Shown here piece by piece: positions 28,932-37,829 of a stretch of 57,469 nt of DNA (position 1 is the first letter of the stretch; each line of letters opens with the position of its first letter). Position numbers and translations under genes: made by a program. Below the pieces are notes generated by a model. The model was not told the origin of the DNA. It made no database searches and saw nothing but the letters and a program-made list of their open reading frames with translations. The stretch is from Cyanobacteria bacterium P01_A01_bin.123 (GTDB lineage Bacteria > Cyanobacteriota > Cyanobacteriia > Phormidesmidales > Phormidesmidaceae): positions 1-57,469 of the forward strand of contig JBCBZT010000047.1 in NCBI GenBank assembly GCA_039815185.1. The letters are read 5' to 3'.

Positions 28932-29998
28932 TTCTCAGGATTCAAACAATGAAGTTATCGTCAAAATCGAAGGCTAGCGACGCTACCTCAGCGTATGCCA
29001 GCTGGCTAACCCAGGGATTGACAGTGCTTCCCGGACTGGGACTCACGGCACTCATCGCTGGCCTCTCAATGACTTTCAGTGGTGCCCTGGGGATAGATAT
29101 CTTGAATCCTCTACTGATAGCAGTATTGCTTGGCATCGGTTTGCGACATCTGGTGAGATTACCAGAAATGTACCGTCCCGGCATTCAGTTCTCAATGAAA
29201 CGCGTTTTGCGACTGGCAGTGATTTTGCTAGGGCTACGGCTCAGCATGGCTGAAGTTCTAGCAGTGGGGCCAGTAGGGTTGATTATTGTGGCGTCTAGTA
29301 CGGTCAGTACGTTCTACCTCACCTGTTGGCTAGGGCGTTGCTTACAGGTTAATCGAAAACTAACCCAGTTGATTGCGGCAGGCACCTCGATTTGTGGGGC
29401 CTCAGCGGTGGTGGCGACAAATGCAGTGGTCGACAGTCCGGAAGAAGATATGGCCTACGCGATCGCAACTATCACTGGGTTCGGCACCTTAGCCATGCTG
29501 GGTTATCCCCTCGTCTCAAATCTGCTGTCACTCAGCCCTCAAGCCTTTGGCATTTGGTGTGGGGCCTCGGTGCACGAAGTCGCTCAGGTCATTGCCACTG
29601 CGTTCCAAGGTGGCACTCTCAGCGGAGAGTTGGCCACGGTAACCAAGCTATCACGAGTGTTGCTGGTGATTCCGATCATGCTTAGTCTGGGTTGGCAGGC
29701 AAACCAAGCTGGCGCAGCCAACAGCGATCGCCCCCGCCAAATCCCTATCCCTTGGTTTGTCTTGTTTTTTAGTCTGCTGGTGGTGATCAACAGCTTTGGC
29801 ATCGTTCCAGAAGCCGTTAAAGTACCGATTCTCAGCGGCAATAAACTGCTACTTTGCATGGCACTCGGGGCCATGGGGCTAGAAACCAACGTATCCCGCC
29901 TGACGCAATTGGGGATGAAACCCATTTATCTGGCCGCAGCCTCCTGGCTATTTTTAGCGGTGACTAGCCTGGCCTTGATCCACCTGTTGCTAGCTTAA
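28928..29998 (+). CDS. YeiH family putative sulfate exporter (PSE)
   Basis: LRLAVILLGLRL, LIAAGTSICGASAV, GASVHEVAQV, TKLSRV. It overlaps the previous stop (GTGA). Confidence 0.9.
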   Translation: MILRIQTMKLSSKSKASDATSAYASWLTQGLTVLPGLGLTALIAGLSMTFSGALGIDILNPLLIAVLLGIGLRHLVRLPEMYRPGIQFSMKRVLRLAVILLGLRLSMAEVLAVGPVGLIIVASSTVSTFYLTCWLGRCLQVNRKLTQLIAAGTSICGASAVVATNAVVDSPEEDMAYAIATITGFGTLAMLGYPLVSNLLSLSPQAFGIWCGASVHEVAQVIATAFQGGTLSGELATVTKLSRVLLVIPIMLSLGWQANQAGAANSDRPRQIPIPWFVLFFSLLVVINSFGIVPEAVKVPILSGNKLLLCMALGAMGLETNVSRLTQLGMKPIYLAAASWLFLAVTSLALIHLLLA

Positions 29999-30018
29999 CT
30001 TGTGGGTCGCTCAAGCAT

Positions 30019-30294
30019 TTAGTCATCCGGGTGGTCTAGGCCAGCGGCGATCGCTTGCTGGATGTCTGCGTAGACAATCTCCCCAGCGGCAGCATGAATT
30101 TTGAACGTCTGCGGGGGTTGTGTCATCACCGCGATCGCAGTTTCAATCGGGGAGCAACCCGGTTTATGGCACTGGAGCTGGCTAATGGAGATGGGCACAT
30201 CATCAGACAAGCTGAGGATTTCGGCAGTCCAGGTTTTGAGGTGTTGAATATGCTCGGGATTTGCAGTGGGGCGTTGTTGTTTAAACAGGTTCAT
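30019..30294 (-). CDS. Small conserved protein with a CxxPGCxPxET motif
   Basis: LKTWTAEILSL...ISISQLQCHKPGCSPIETAIAV. Likely start is ATG 30294. Confidence 0.7.
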   Translation of the reverse strand: MNLFKQQRPTANPEHIQHLKTWTAEILSLSDDVPISISQLQCHKPGCSPIETAIAVMTQPPQTFKIHAAAGEIVYADIQQAIAAGLDHPDD

Positions 30295-30320
30295 CGGTCT
30301 CGAAGAGATAGGCGGATGCG

Positions 30321-31247
30321 CTATTTTACCGCCACTGGCTGGCAAATTAGCCCGTAATGCTCGGGGCAGCGGTGGGCGGAAAAATTAAAAATGGTGCGCT
30401 TGTAGGGCAACCCCGCATCCAGGTCGCAGCAGGCGACAATCAGCTCATCCCCCACAGTCAGCGCTTTGGCAATAATCTCCCCGGAGGGGGCAATGATGCA
30501 GCTATCACCAATCATGTCGCAGCCTTCTTCACGTCCGGCTTTGGCCACCCCGACCACCCAGGTGCCATTCTGGTAGGCTCCAGATTGCATAGAGAGGTGA
30601 TTGTGGAAATGGTTGAGGTGATCGCTGCTGGGGTCGTGGGGGTTATGTTGGGGCGTGTTGTAGCCTAGCAGTACCATCTCGACACCCTGGAGCCCCATGA
30701 CGCGGTAGGTTTCGGGCCAGCGGCGATCGTTGCAAATACACATGCCGAGAATGCCGCCAAAGGCTTGCCAAACTTTAAACCCCAGGTTGCCAACTTCAAA
30801 ATAGCGCTTTTCTAAATGTTGAAACGCTCGCCAGGGTTCATGTTCTGCGTGTCCTGGCAGGTGGATTTTGCGGTACTTGCCAATAATCTGGCCGGCTTGA
30901 TCGACCAGAATCGCGGTGTTGTAGGGGTGGACTTCGCCCTGTTCTACAATCCGTTCGGCGTAACCCAGATGAAAGCCGATACCTAATTGCTGCGCCAGGT
31001 CGAATAAAGGCTGGGTAGCGGCATTCGGCATCTCGAACTCAAAGAACTGATCGATCTCAGCCGGATCCTCCATATACCAACGGGGGAAGAAGGTAGTCAG
31101 GGCGAGCTCGGGGTAGACCACTAGGTCACAGCCTCTGGTGTGGGCTTGGTGCATCAGAGCCATCAGGCGCTTGACGACGGTGGTGCGGGGTTCATCGCGG
31201 GCAATGGGGCCAAGCTGGGCGGCTCCGACGGTCAACATTCTGGGCAT
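30321..31247 (-). CDS. N-carbamoyl-D-amino-acid amidohydrolase-like enzyme (nitrilase superfamily)
   Basis: Catalytic E-K-C triad in PELALTTFFPRW, YRKIHLPGH, HLEKRYF and CICNDRRWPE. Confidence 0.9.
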   Translation of the reverse strand: MPRMLTVGAAQLGPIARDEPRTTVVKRLMALMHQAHTRGCDLVVYPELALTTFFPRWYMEDPAEIDQFFEFEMPNAATQPLFDLAQQLGIGFHLGYAERIVEQGEVHPYNTAILVDQAGQIIGKYRKIHLPGHAEHEPWRAFQHLEKRYFEVGNLGFKVWQAFGGILGMCICNDRRWPETYRVMGLQGVEMVLLGYNTPQHNPHDPSSDHLNHFHNHLSMQSGAYQNGTWVVGVAKAGREEGCDMIGDSCIIAPSGEIIAKALTVGDELIVACCDLDAGLPYKRTIFNFSAHRCPEHYGLICQPVAVK

Positions 31248-31303
31248 ACGAGTAGCTCTTGAAGGCTTTCGCTAAGCCTATGGTATCGATAGCGGTAGGG
31301 GTG

Positions 31304-31777
31304 TTATGCCTGATGGGACGATGAGTCAGAAGACTTTAACCTCTCCATCATTTCTGTTAGCTCTGCAAGCAACTCCCCATGATTTTTCCATTCATCAACT
31401 GTGCCATCGCGATAAACCTTGGCAATAAACGGTGCTGGATTTTCACGGGCAAATGCTTGCATCTTAGAAAATGCTGCGAGAAAAACATTAACCGTATCCT
31501 CGCCTGCAAGATTTTGGGAAACTAAAACGAACATTTTTACGCCTGCATTTGCTACTGCTATACGTTCAGTCGTCCTTTTGGCAATCCTGGCATCCTTGGT
31601 TAAAACAATCCAGCCCTGCTTACCCACCTCAGGCAGCCAATCTTCATCCTGAGCAGATGGGGCAAAGTGATCATCATGAATTTCAACTGTAATACCAGAC
31701 GATCGTAGTGCAGAAGCAAGCTGAACACTGCCTAGACAGCGATCAATGAAAAAAACAGATTGATGGAACTCTGTCAT
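31304..31777 (-). CDS. PIN-like toxin (VapC45-like)
   Basis: FFIDRCLG, HDDHF....DEDWL..VG..GWIVLTKD.RI. It overlaps the antitoxin stop (ATGA). Confidence 0.85.
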   Translation of the reverse strand: MTEFHQSVFFIDRCLGSVQLASALRSSGITVEIHDDHFAPSAQDEDWLPEVGKQGWIVLTKDARIAKRTTERIAVANAGVKMFVLVSQNLAGEDTVNVFLAAFSKMQAFARENPAPFIAKVYRDGTVDEWKNHGELLAELTEMMERLKSSDSSSHQA

Positions 31778-32475
31778 GCAGCATTCGGAAGCTCACAGCG
31801 AATTCCTTCTTCTATCTTGAGGCGATCGCAGTTGTAGTCAGCTGCTAAATAGTCGATAGAGTCACCTGCGCGATAGCGTTCTACCAGAATGCTAGTCGGA
31901 ATACCAGTTCCTTCAATGACTAAGCGACCAAATGCAACGCGCGGGTCAATAACAACTATACGAGGATTATTGTCTTCGTGAGAACGAGTAAATGGATAAA
32001 GTTTGATAGCCAACCCTGTATCATCAGGTTCAATGCGGGCCAGATGTGCAGCGAGAGATTCTTTGAGTTCAGTTTGACCCGCTGCCGAAGCATTGATAAG
32101 TTGGCCATATCTCTCGATAAACAAATCCACACCATCTGTTCGAAATTCTTCTCGAGCAAGGGGATGGGAAACCTTCAGATTCTCTCCTATGAAATCGAGT
32201 GCACTACGAACTTTAGCGAGATTAATATTGTGATGTTTACGAATAGCTCGCAAAACATGAACCTCGACCATATTTGAGAACGAGATAAGGCGTGGTTTTC
32301 TTTCAGGGATGGAAATCAGTGGCGGGAAGAAGCCCTCTCCGTCAGTCTTTGGGTAGGTTCGCCCGACTGTCCAGGAGCGAATCGTCGCTGCTGGAATCCT
32401 CAAATAGCGGGCAGCGTCGCTAATTGAGTATGTTGGTATATGCCTAGGATCCAGTTTTCCGTACAGCCTACTCAT
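31774..32475 (-). CDS. HTH-DUF433 antitoxin (VapB45-like)
   Basis: YSISDAARYLRIPAATIRSW HTH and VVIDPRVAFGRLVIEGTGIPT...YRAGDSI..LA.DY. Confidence 0.88.
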   Translation of the reverse strand: MSRLYGKLDPRHIPTYSISDAARYLRIPAATIRSWTVGRTYPKTDGEGFFPPLISIPERKPRLISFSNMVEVHVLRAIRKHHNINLAKVRSALDFIGENLKVSHPLAREEFRTDGVDLFIERYGQLINASAAGQTELKESLAAHLARIEPDDTGLAIKLYPFTRSHEDNNPRIVVIDPRVAFGRLVIEGTGIPTSILVERYRAGDSIDYLAADYNCDRLKIEEGIRCELPNAA

Positions 32476-32642
32476 ACAGACTTTTCTCCAACTGACTCAT
32501 TGCACCAATGTCGGATGACACCATCATTCCGTGAAATGGAAGACAACCCTCCAAACCTGTCAGTGACCAGTTCATATTTAGAATGAGTAATGGTCTAATC
32601 TCAATTATCTCGCCTATTCAAGGCTGATACCTACTAACTATC

Positions 32643-33917
32643 TCAGTAAGTTAAGTTATTTGAATGGAGATTGCCATAACTTCCAAATTCCATAGGTAAC
32701 CTCACCATAAACGTCGTCCCCCGCTCCACCCGACTCGTCACCTCAATCGTGCCGTTCTGCAACTCCACAAACTGCTTCACAATGCTCAAACCCAAGCCAG
32801 TCCCAGGAATATTGCTCACATTCTGCCCCCGATGAAATGGCTCAAACAATTGACGCTTATCCTCAGGGGGAATGCCAATCCCTTGATCCTGCACCTGAAA
32901 AATGAGCTGATTTTGCCGCTTAGCCAATTTCAAGCAAATCCCTTTGTCATCTGGCGTGTAGCGAATTGCATTCGACAGTAAATTACTCAAAATCGATCGC
33001 AACAGCCGCTCATCCAAACTGACAACGAGCTGACGACTGCGGCAGGAAAACTGAATCTTACTTTGCGGCCTGAGATACTCCCGCTCAGCCAGCAGGTTTC
33101 GACAGAAAGTGACCAAATCTAACGGTTCAGGCTTAACTTCCAGCACCTTCGCTTCAATTTTGCCAATCACCAGAATGTCGTCAATCATCTGAGTCATGCG
33201 TTCGACGCTGGCTTTGATATTCAGCAGGTAGTCTGTTTTTTCTTCGGGTCGCAATTGGGCGTCATAACGATTGAGGGAAGACACCGATAGGGCAATGTTA
33301 TTCAGCGGATTACGAAACTCATGGCAGACCATGGCCACAAAGCGCGATCGCATTTCGCTCAATTCCCGCAGTTGATGATTCGCCTGTCGCAGTTTAGCCG
33401 TGCGCTCCTGCACCTTCAATTCCAGTTCTTCATTAGTGCGCTGCAACACCTCTTCTGCCCAACGTCGTTGGGTGATATCCCGAAACGTTACCACAGCGCC
33501 AATCAGCCGCCCTGCCTCATCGTGCATCGGCGTGCTGATATATTCCACCGGAAAGCTCGTCCCATCTTTGCGCCAAAACACCTCATTCGTCACCCGACGA
33601 ATACTGCCATCTTGAAACGCAGCGTAAATTGGACAGTCTTCTCGAGGATAGGCCGTCCCATCGGGATGGGAATGGTGCAGCACGGCATGCATGGATTTAC
33701 CAATCAACTCATCCATCGGCCAATCGATCATCGACGCGGCTGCCGGATTGACGAAGGTAACGTTGCCATTTAGATCTAGTCCGTAAACCCCTTCACCCAC
33801 CGCATTGAGAATCAGCTGGTGCTGGCGGCGGAGTTGGTCTAGGGTTTGGCCGATCGGAGCGTTGACGGTGGGCAATTCGGATAATTCAGGGGCAGACAAC
33901 CAATAGTCTTTTGTCAT
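32643..33917 (-). CDS. Soluble PAS/PAC sensor histidine kinase
   Basis: PAS domain (ILNAVGEGVYGLD...HHSHPDG..YP.EDCPIY...FWRKDG), H-box VCHEFRNPL, NAIRY, DQGIGIP, GTGLGL. No TM segment. Start is ATG 33917 or GTG 33923. Confidence 0.92.
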   Translation of the reverse strand: MTKDYWLSAPELSELPTVNAPIGQTLDQLRRQHQLILNAVGEGVYGLDLNGNVTFVNPAAASMIDWPMDELIGKSMHAVLHHSHPDGTAYPREDCPIYAAFQDGSIRRVTNEVFWRKDGTSFPVEYISTPMHDEAGRLIGAVVTFRDITQRRWAEEVLQRTNEELELKVQERTAKLRQANHQLRELSEMRSRFVAMVCHEFRNPLNNIALSVSSLNRYDAQLRPEEKTDYLLNIKASVERMTQMIDDILVIGKIEAKVLEVKPEPLDLVTFCRNLLAEREYLRPQSKIQFSCRSRQLVVSLDERLLRSILSNLLSNAIRYTPDDKGICLKLAKRQNQLIFQVQDQGIGIPPEDKRQLFEPFHRGQNVSNIPGTGLGLSIVKQFVELQNGTIEVTSRVERGTTFMVRLPMEFGSYGNLHSNNLTY

Positions 33918-33943
33918 AGTCACCTTGTGTCATAGTCACCTTG
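33912..33943. repeat. Perfect 16-bp tandem duplication over the kinase RBS and start codon
   Basis: TGTCATAGTCACCTTG x2 (33912-33927 and 33928-33943). Confidence 0.9.
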
Positions 33944-34293
33944 CACCATAGCAACATTGCTTAACGTTTAAAGAATAGTGGGGCTAAACCCTTGATGAGA
34001 TAGGGGTTTGGCATGATTTAACGCGCGCGATCGCCAGACAAAAATGTATCGCACTACACCACAGAGCTGTGCTTCAAAGATTAATTAATTAAGAGGATAA
34101 ACCCTAGCTACATCCAGCGCCTCCGCTTTTCCCCAGCTAGAAACTCAAAGTTTTTAGCTCGGATAGGGTTTAACCAGTGCAGGGAATCTTTGGGATTTGC
34201 TTCTTCCTGTTTATAACTATTGATTTGAAGCAAGTTTTTTTTATCAAGATAGTCACTTTTTAATCCTCCTGAAATTCAATTTCTGGAGTCGTC

Positions 34294-35103
34294 ATGCGAA
34301 CAGTGCTGGTTATTGAAGATGAAATTCAAACCCGTAACATTTTTCTCAAGTGTTTAGAGTTTGAAGGATTTCGCGCTTTCGGGGCGAGCGATGGCTCAAG
34401 CGGTATAGCATTAGCCCATAGCCATCACCCCGACCTAATTGTGTGCGATATTACCATGCCCAAAATGGACGGCTATTCAGTCCTATCAGCCCTACGTCAT
34501 TCCCAAGATACTGCTTCGATTCCTCTAATTTTTTTAACCGCTAAAGTCACCATGGCTGACCTCCGGCGGGGCATGGAAATGGGCGCTGATGACTATCTCA
34601 CCAAACCCTGTACCGTCGAACAGTTTTTAGCGGCTATCAATTCTCGCCTCAAGCGCCAGGAGGAATTGTCTCGACTGTATCAGCAAACACCTATTCACCC
34701 AACTAGACCCGAACCTCCCACTCCTCAATGTCTAGCAGTTACTGACGAACATGACTTCTTCCCTGATTTTCCCAAACTAGCTACGGTTTTCCGGTTTATT
34801 GAATCCCATTACGACCAACCCATTAACCTACATGACGTCGCTCAAGAAGCGGGCTATTCTCCGGCCTACCTCACCAGTCTGGTGCAAGAGCAAACTGGGC
34901 GTACGGTAAAGCGATGGATTATCGAGCGACGGATGGCCCAAGCGCGAACCCTATTAGCAAATACAGCTCAATCGGTGCGACACATCGCCGAATCCTCAGG
35001 CTACAACGATGCGGGATATTTTACTCGTCAATTTCGCCAGTTTCATGGGATTTCACCTCAAGCCTGGCGGCAACAATCTGTAGCAGAATTAACAGATCGA
35101 TGA
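34294..35103 (+). CDS. Response regulator, REC plus AraC-type HTH
   Basis: VIEDE, CDITMPKMDG, FLTAK, YLTKP, then an AraC domain (INLHDVA..AGYSPAYL...IA..SGYNDAGYFTRQFR..HGISP..WR). Confidence 0.93.
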   Translation: MRTVLVIEDEIQTRNIFLKCLEFEGFRAFGASDGSSGIALAHSHHPDLIVCDITMPKMDGYSVLSALRHSQDTASIPLIFLTAKVTMADLRRGMEMGADDYLTKPCTVEQFLAAINSRLKRQEELSRLYQQTPIHPTRPEPPTPQCLAVTDEHDFFPDFPKLATVFRFIESHYDQPINLHDVAQEAGYSPAYLTSLVQEQTGRTVKRWIIERRMAQARTLLANTAQSVRHIAESSGYNDAGYFTRQFRQFHGISPQAWRQQSVAELTDR

Positions 35104-35123
35104 CTATTTCAGTCCTAATTTCT

Positions 35124-35193
35124 AAGTTCTAAAGAAAATCCTATCAAGTTCCAAAAAACATCCAATGTGATTTGGATTCAGGCTTGATATTGT
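35124..35193 (+). promoter_or_regulatory. Candidate AraC-activated cyn promoter
   Basis: Direct repeats AAGTTCTAAAGAAAATCC (35124-35141) and AAGTTCCAAAAAACATCC (35146-35163) with a 22-bp period, next to a poor -35. The -10 is TATTGT at 35188-35193. Confidence 0.55.
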
Positions 35194-35269
35194 ACAAAGC
35201 AATATATCGGCTAGCTCATAACCAGTTTGCTGAGAGCTCTCTGTAGTCGCGTTTAGTTGGACTAAATTT

Positions 35270-36919
35270 ATGGTTTTTGTATCGACACCCTCGACCACCC
35301 AACGATGGGACAATTTAAACTGCGATCGCGGAGAGCTCTCTGATTTGCAGCTAGCGTGCATCGTCTGTGGTGGTCAGCACTTGACCCGTGACCATTGGGA
35401 GTTCATGCAAACCATGCCCAAAGACCCGGTCGACATGGTAGACGACCTGGTCAAAATGGGTGTCTACAAAGAAAATCAGCTGCGCGCTGCTGATACCGTT
35501 AATGCCTATGAATTGCGAAAAACCCTGTTCTTAAAGCGGGTTGGCCGTGGTGATCCCAAGCGAGAAAAGCTAATTCTGGGCCTTTGCCAACAAGCAGGCG
35601 GTTTGGACAATGCGTTCGCGGCTGCCTTTGGCCCCCAAGCAGGCTTGTTCTTCTCTGATTCCATCCGCAACAGCGGTGCAACTCGACGGGAATTTCTCCG
35701 CAACATGGCGGTTGGGGCAGCGCTGGTAGCTCTATCAAGCTGTGCTGGCGGGGGCGGTGGGGGAGAGCCTGCTGCCGAAGATACGCCTGATGAACCCGTC
35801 TCTACTGAAGGCTTAGAGAAAACCGAACTCCAAATTGGGTTTATTCCTATCACCTGTGCAACACCGATCATCATGTCGGAACCCCTAGGCTTTTATCAGA
35901 AATATGGCTTCAATGCCAAAGTCGTGAAAATGCCAAGCTGGGGCGCGGTGAGAGACTCCGCGATCGCAGGGGAACTCGACGCTTATCACATGCTAGCCCC
36001 CATGCCCATTGCCATGACCCTCGGCCTTGGCTCTGCTGCCTTTGGCGTGAAGCTGGCCAGCATTGAGAACATCAACGGTCAGGCAATTACCGTAGCCGAG
36101 CGCCACAAAGGCAGCGTCAACGGCCCCGCCGATTTCAAAGGCTTTACCATCGGCGTGCCCTTCCCTTACTCCATGCACAATCTGCTGCTGCGCTATTACC
36201 TGGCAACAGGCGGCATCGATCCAGATGTGGATGTAAAAATCCGCCCCGTCCCCCCGCCAGACAGCATCGCTCAAATGGTGGCAGGCGACATCGACGCCTA
36301 CCTAATGCCGGATCCGTTTAACCAACGGGCCGTGTTTGAAGGTGCTGGATTCATCCACTTAATTACCAAAGATCTCTGGCCAGGGCATCCCTGCTGTGCC
36401 TTTGCCGCCAGCGATGAATGGATTAGCGAAAATCCCAACACCTTCCGGGCACTCAATAAATCCATCATTGAGGCCGCTGGCTACGCTCGGGATCCCAATA
36501 ATCGGCCTGAAATTGCCGCAGCGATTTCCGAGCGAGCCTTTTTGAACCAGCCCGTGGAAGTCGTCGAAGCAGTTTTGACTGGCAACTTTGACGACGGCAA
36601 CGGCAACACCCTCAGCGTCCCCGATCGGATTGACTTTGATCCTTATCCTTGGCAAAGCTTTGCTAACTGGATTTCTTCCCAATTGGTGCGCTGGGATCTC
36701 CAGGGTGACGGCTTGGCCGCAAAGGCCATTCCTGAACAGGGCTACGATACAGTCGGCCAAGATATCTTCCTGACCGACTTAGCCAGAGAGCTAGCTGAGG
36801 AATTGGGCCAAACCCCGCCCTCAGAAATCTATCGTACTGAGGAGCTGAAGTTTGACTCCTTTGATCCCGCTGATCCAGACGCCTATATCAAAGCGCAGAC
36901 TGACGAGTATGGCGTTTAA
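35270..36919 (+). CDS. cynA: Cyanate ABC transporter substrate-binding protein (NrtA/CmpA family) with a long N-terminal extension
   Basis: IGFIPITCATPII, HMLAPMP, ENINGQAI, PFPYSMHN, WPGHPCC. Tat motif TRREFL and lipobox LSSC. It is in an operon with cynS. Confidence 0.85.
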   Translation: MVFVSTPSTTQRWDNLNCDRGELSDLQLACIVCGGQHLTRDHWEFMQTMPKDPVDMVDDLVKMGVYKENQLRAADTVNAYELRKTLFLKRVGRGDPKREKLILGLCQQAGGLDNAFAAAFGPQAGLFFSDSIRNSGATRREFLRNMAVGAALVALSSCAGGGGGGEPAAEDTPDEPVSTEGLEKTELQIGFIPITCATPIIMSEPLGFYQKYGFNAKVVKMPSWGAVRDSAIAGELDAYHMLAPMPIAMTLGLGSAAFGVKLASIENINGQAITVAERHKGSVNGPADFKGFTIGVPFPYSMHNLLLRYYLATGGIDPDVDVKIRPVPPPDSIAQMVAGDIDAYLMPDPFNQRAVFEGAGFIHLITKDLWPGHPCCAFAASDEWISENPNTFRALNKSIIEAAGYARDPNNRPEIAAAISERAFLNQPVEVVEAVLTGNFDDGNGNTLSVPDRIDFDPYPWQSFANWISSQLVRWDLQGDGLAAKAIPEQGYDTVGQDIFLTDLARELAEELGQTPPSEIYRTEELKFDSFDPADPDAYIKAQTDEYGV

Positions 36920-36989
36920 GGCAATTTGGTTTAAAGCGGGTTGAGAGAGGTCGGTTCAATCAAGGCCCATTTGATGGAGGTATCGCACC

Positions 36990-37829
36990 ATGGCGGTGAG
37001 TAAAACAACGCTCGGTTCGTTCAAACAAGACACTGGCGAATCGTTTTTTCAAAACGAATTTGTGCAAGTGGTTGCACTTTTCATGTTCTCCCTGGCTATT
37101 TTCTTGGGGTTTTGGGAGATCGGGGCTCGGGCAGGTCTGTTCGCCAAGGGCATGCCCACGGCATCGGCAACGTTGAAAGAGTTTTGGTGGTGGACAACCC
37201 ATCCCTTCTTTAACAACGGCCCCAACGATTTGGGCATTGGTTGGAACCTTTTAATTAGCCTCCGCCGGGTGGCCATTGGTTACATCTTGGCATCGCTAGT
37301 TGCAGTTCCCCTGGGGATTTTGATCGGCATCTCACCCGTCGCTTATAAGGCTTTCAACCCTTACGTGCAGCTTTTGAAGCCTGTTTCTCCATTAGCTTGG
37401 CTGCCTCTAGGTCTCTATATCCTGCGGGATTCTGAACAGACGGGTATCTTTATCATTTTCATTTCCAGTATTTGGCCTACGTTGATCAATACCGCATTTG
37501 GGGTGGCCAACGTCGATCAGGACTATCTCGATGTTGCTAATACCCTAGGGGCCTCTCGCCTGCGCACGATTTTCAAGGTAATTATTCCGGCGGCGCTACC
37601 CAACATTGTGTCAGGTCTGAGAATCAGTATGGGTATCGCCTGGCTGGTGATTGTAGCGGCGGAAATGCTGCTGGGGACTGGGTTGGGCTATTTCATTTGG
37701 AATGAGTGGAACAACCTGTACATTCCTAATATTCTGGTCGCGATCTTGATCATTGGCATTGTGGGTTTGGTGTTGGATAGCATTTTTGGTGCTCTGGAGA
37801 AATTTGTCGCGTTTGGTCGCAACTCATGA
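36990..37829 (+). CDS. cynB: Cyanate ABC permease (NrtB family)
   Basis: PFFNNGPNDLGIGW, LKPVSPLAWLPL, WPTLINTA.GV, WLVIVAAEML. Confidence 0.85.
   Translation: MAVSKTTLGSFKQDTGESFFQNEFVQVVALFMFSLAIFLGFWEIGARAGLFAKGMPTASATLKEFWWWTTHPFFNNGPNDLGIGWNLLISLRRVAIGYILASLVAVPLGILIGISPVAYKAFNPYVQLLKPVSPLAWLPLGLYILRDSEQTGIFIIFISSIWPTLINTAFGVANVDQDYLDVANTLGASRLRTIFKVIIPAALPNIVSGLRISMGIAWLVIVAAEMLLGTGLGYFIWNEWNNLYIPNILVAILIIGIVGLVLDSIFGALEKFVAFGRNS

Noticed and set aside
34046..34059. Possible NtcA site GTATCGCACTACAC in the kinase/regulator divergent promoter
   Set aside because: The spacing is GTA-N6-TAC or GTA-N8-CAC, which is not canonical.
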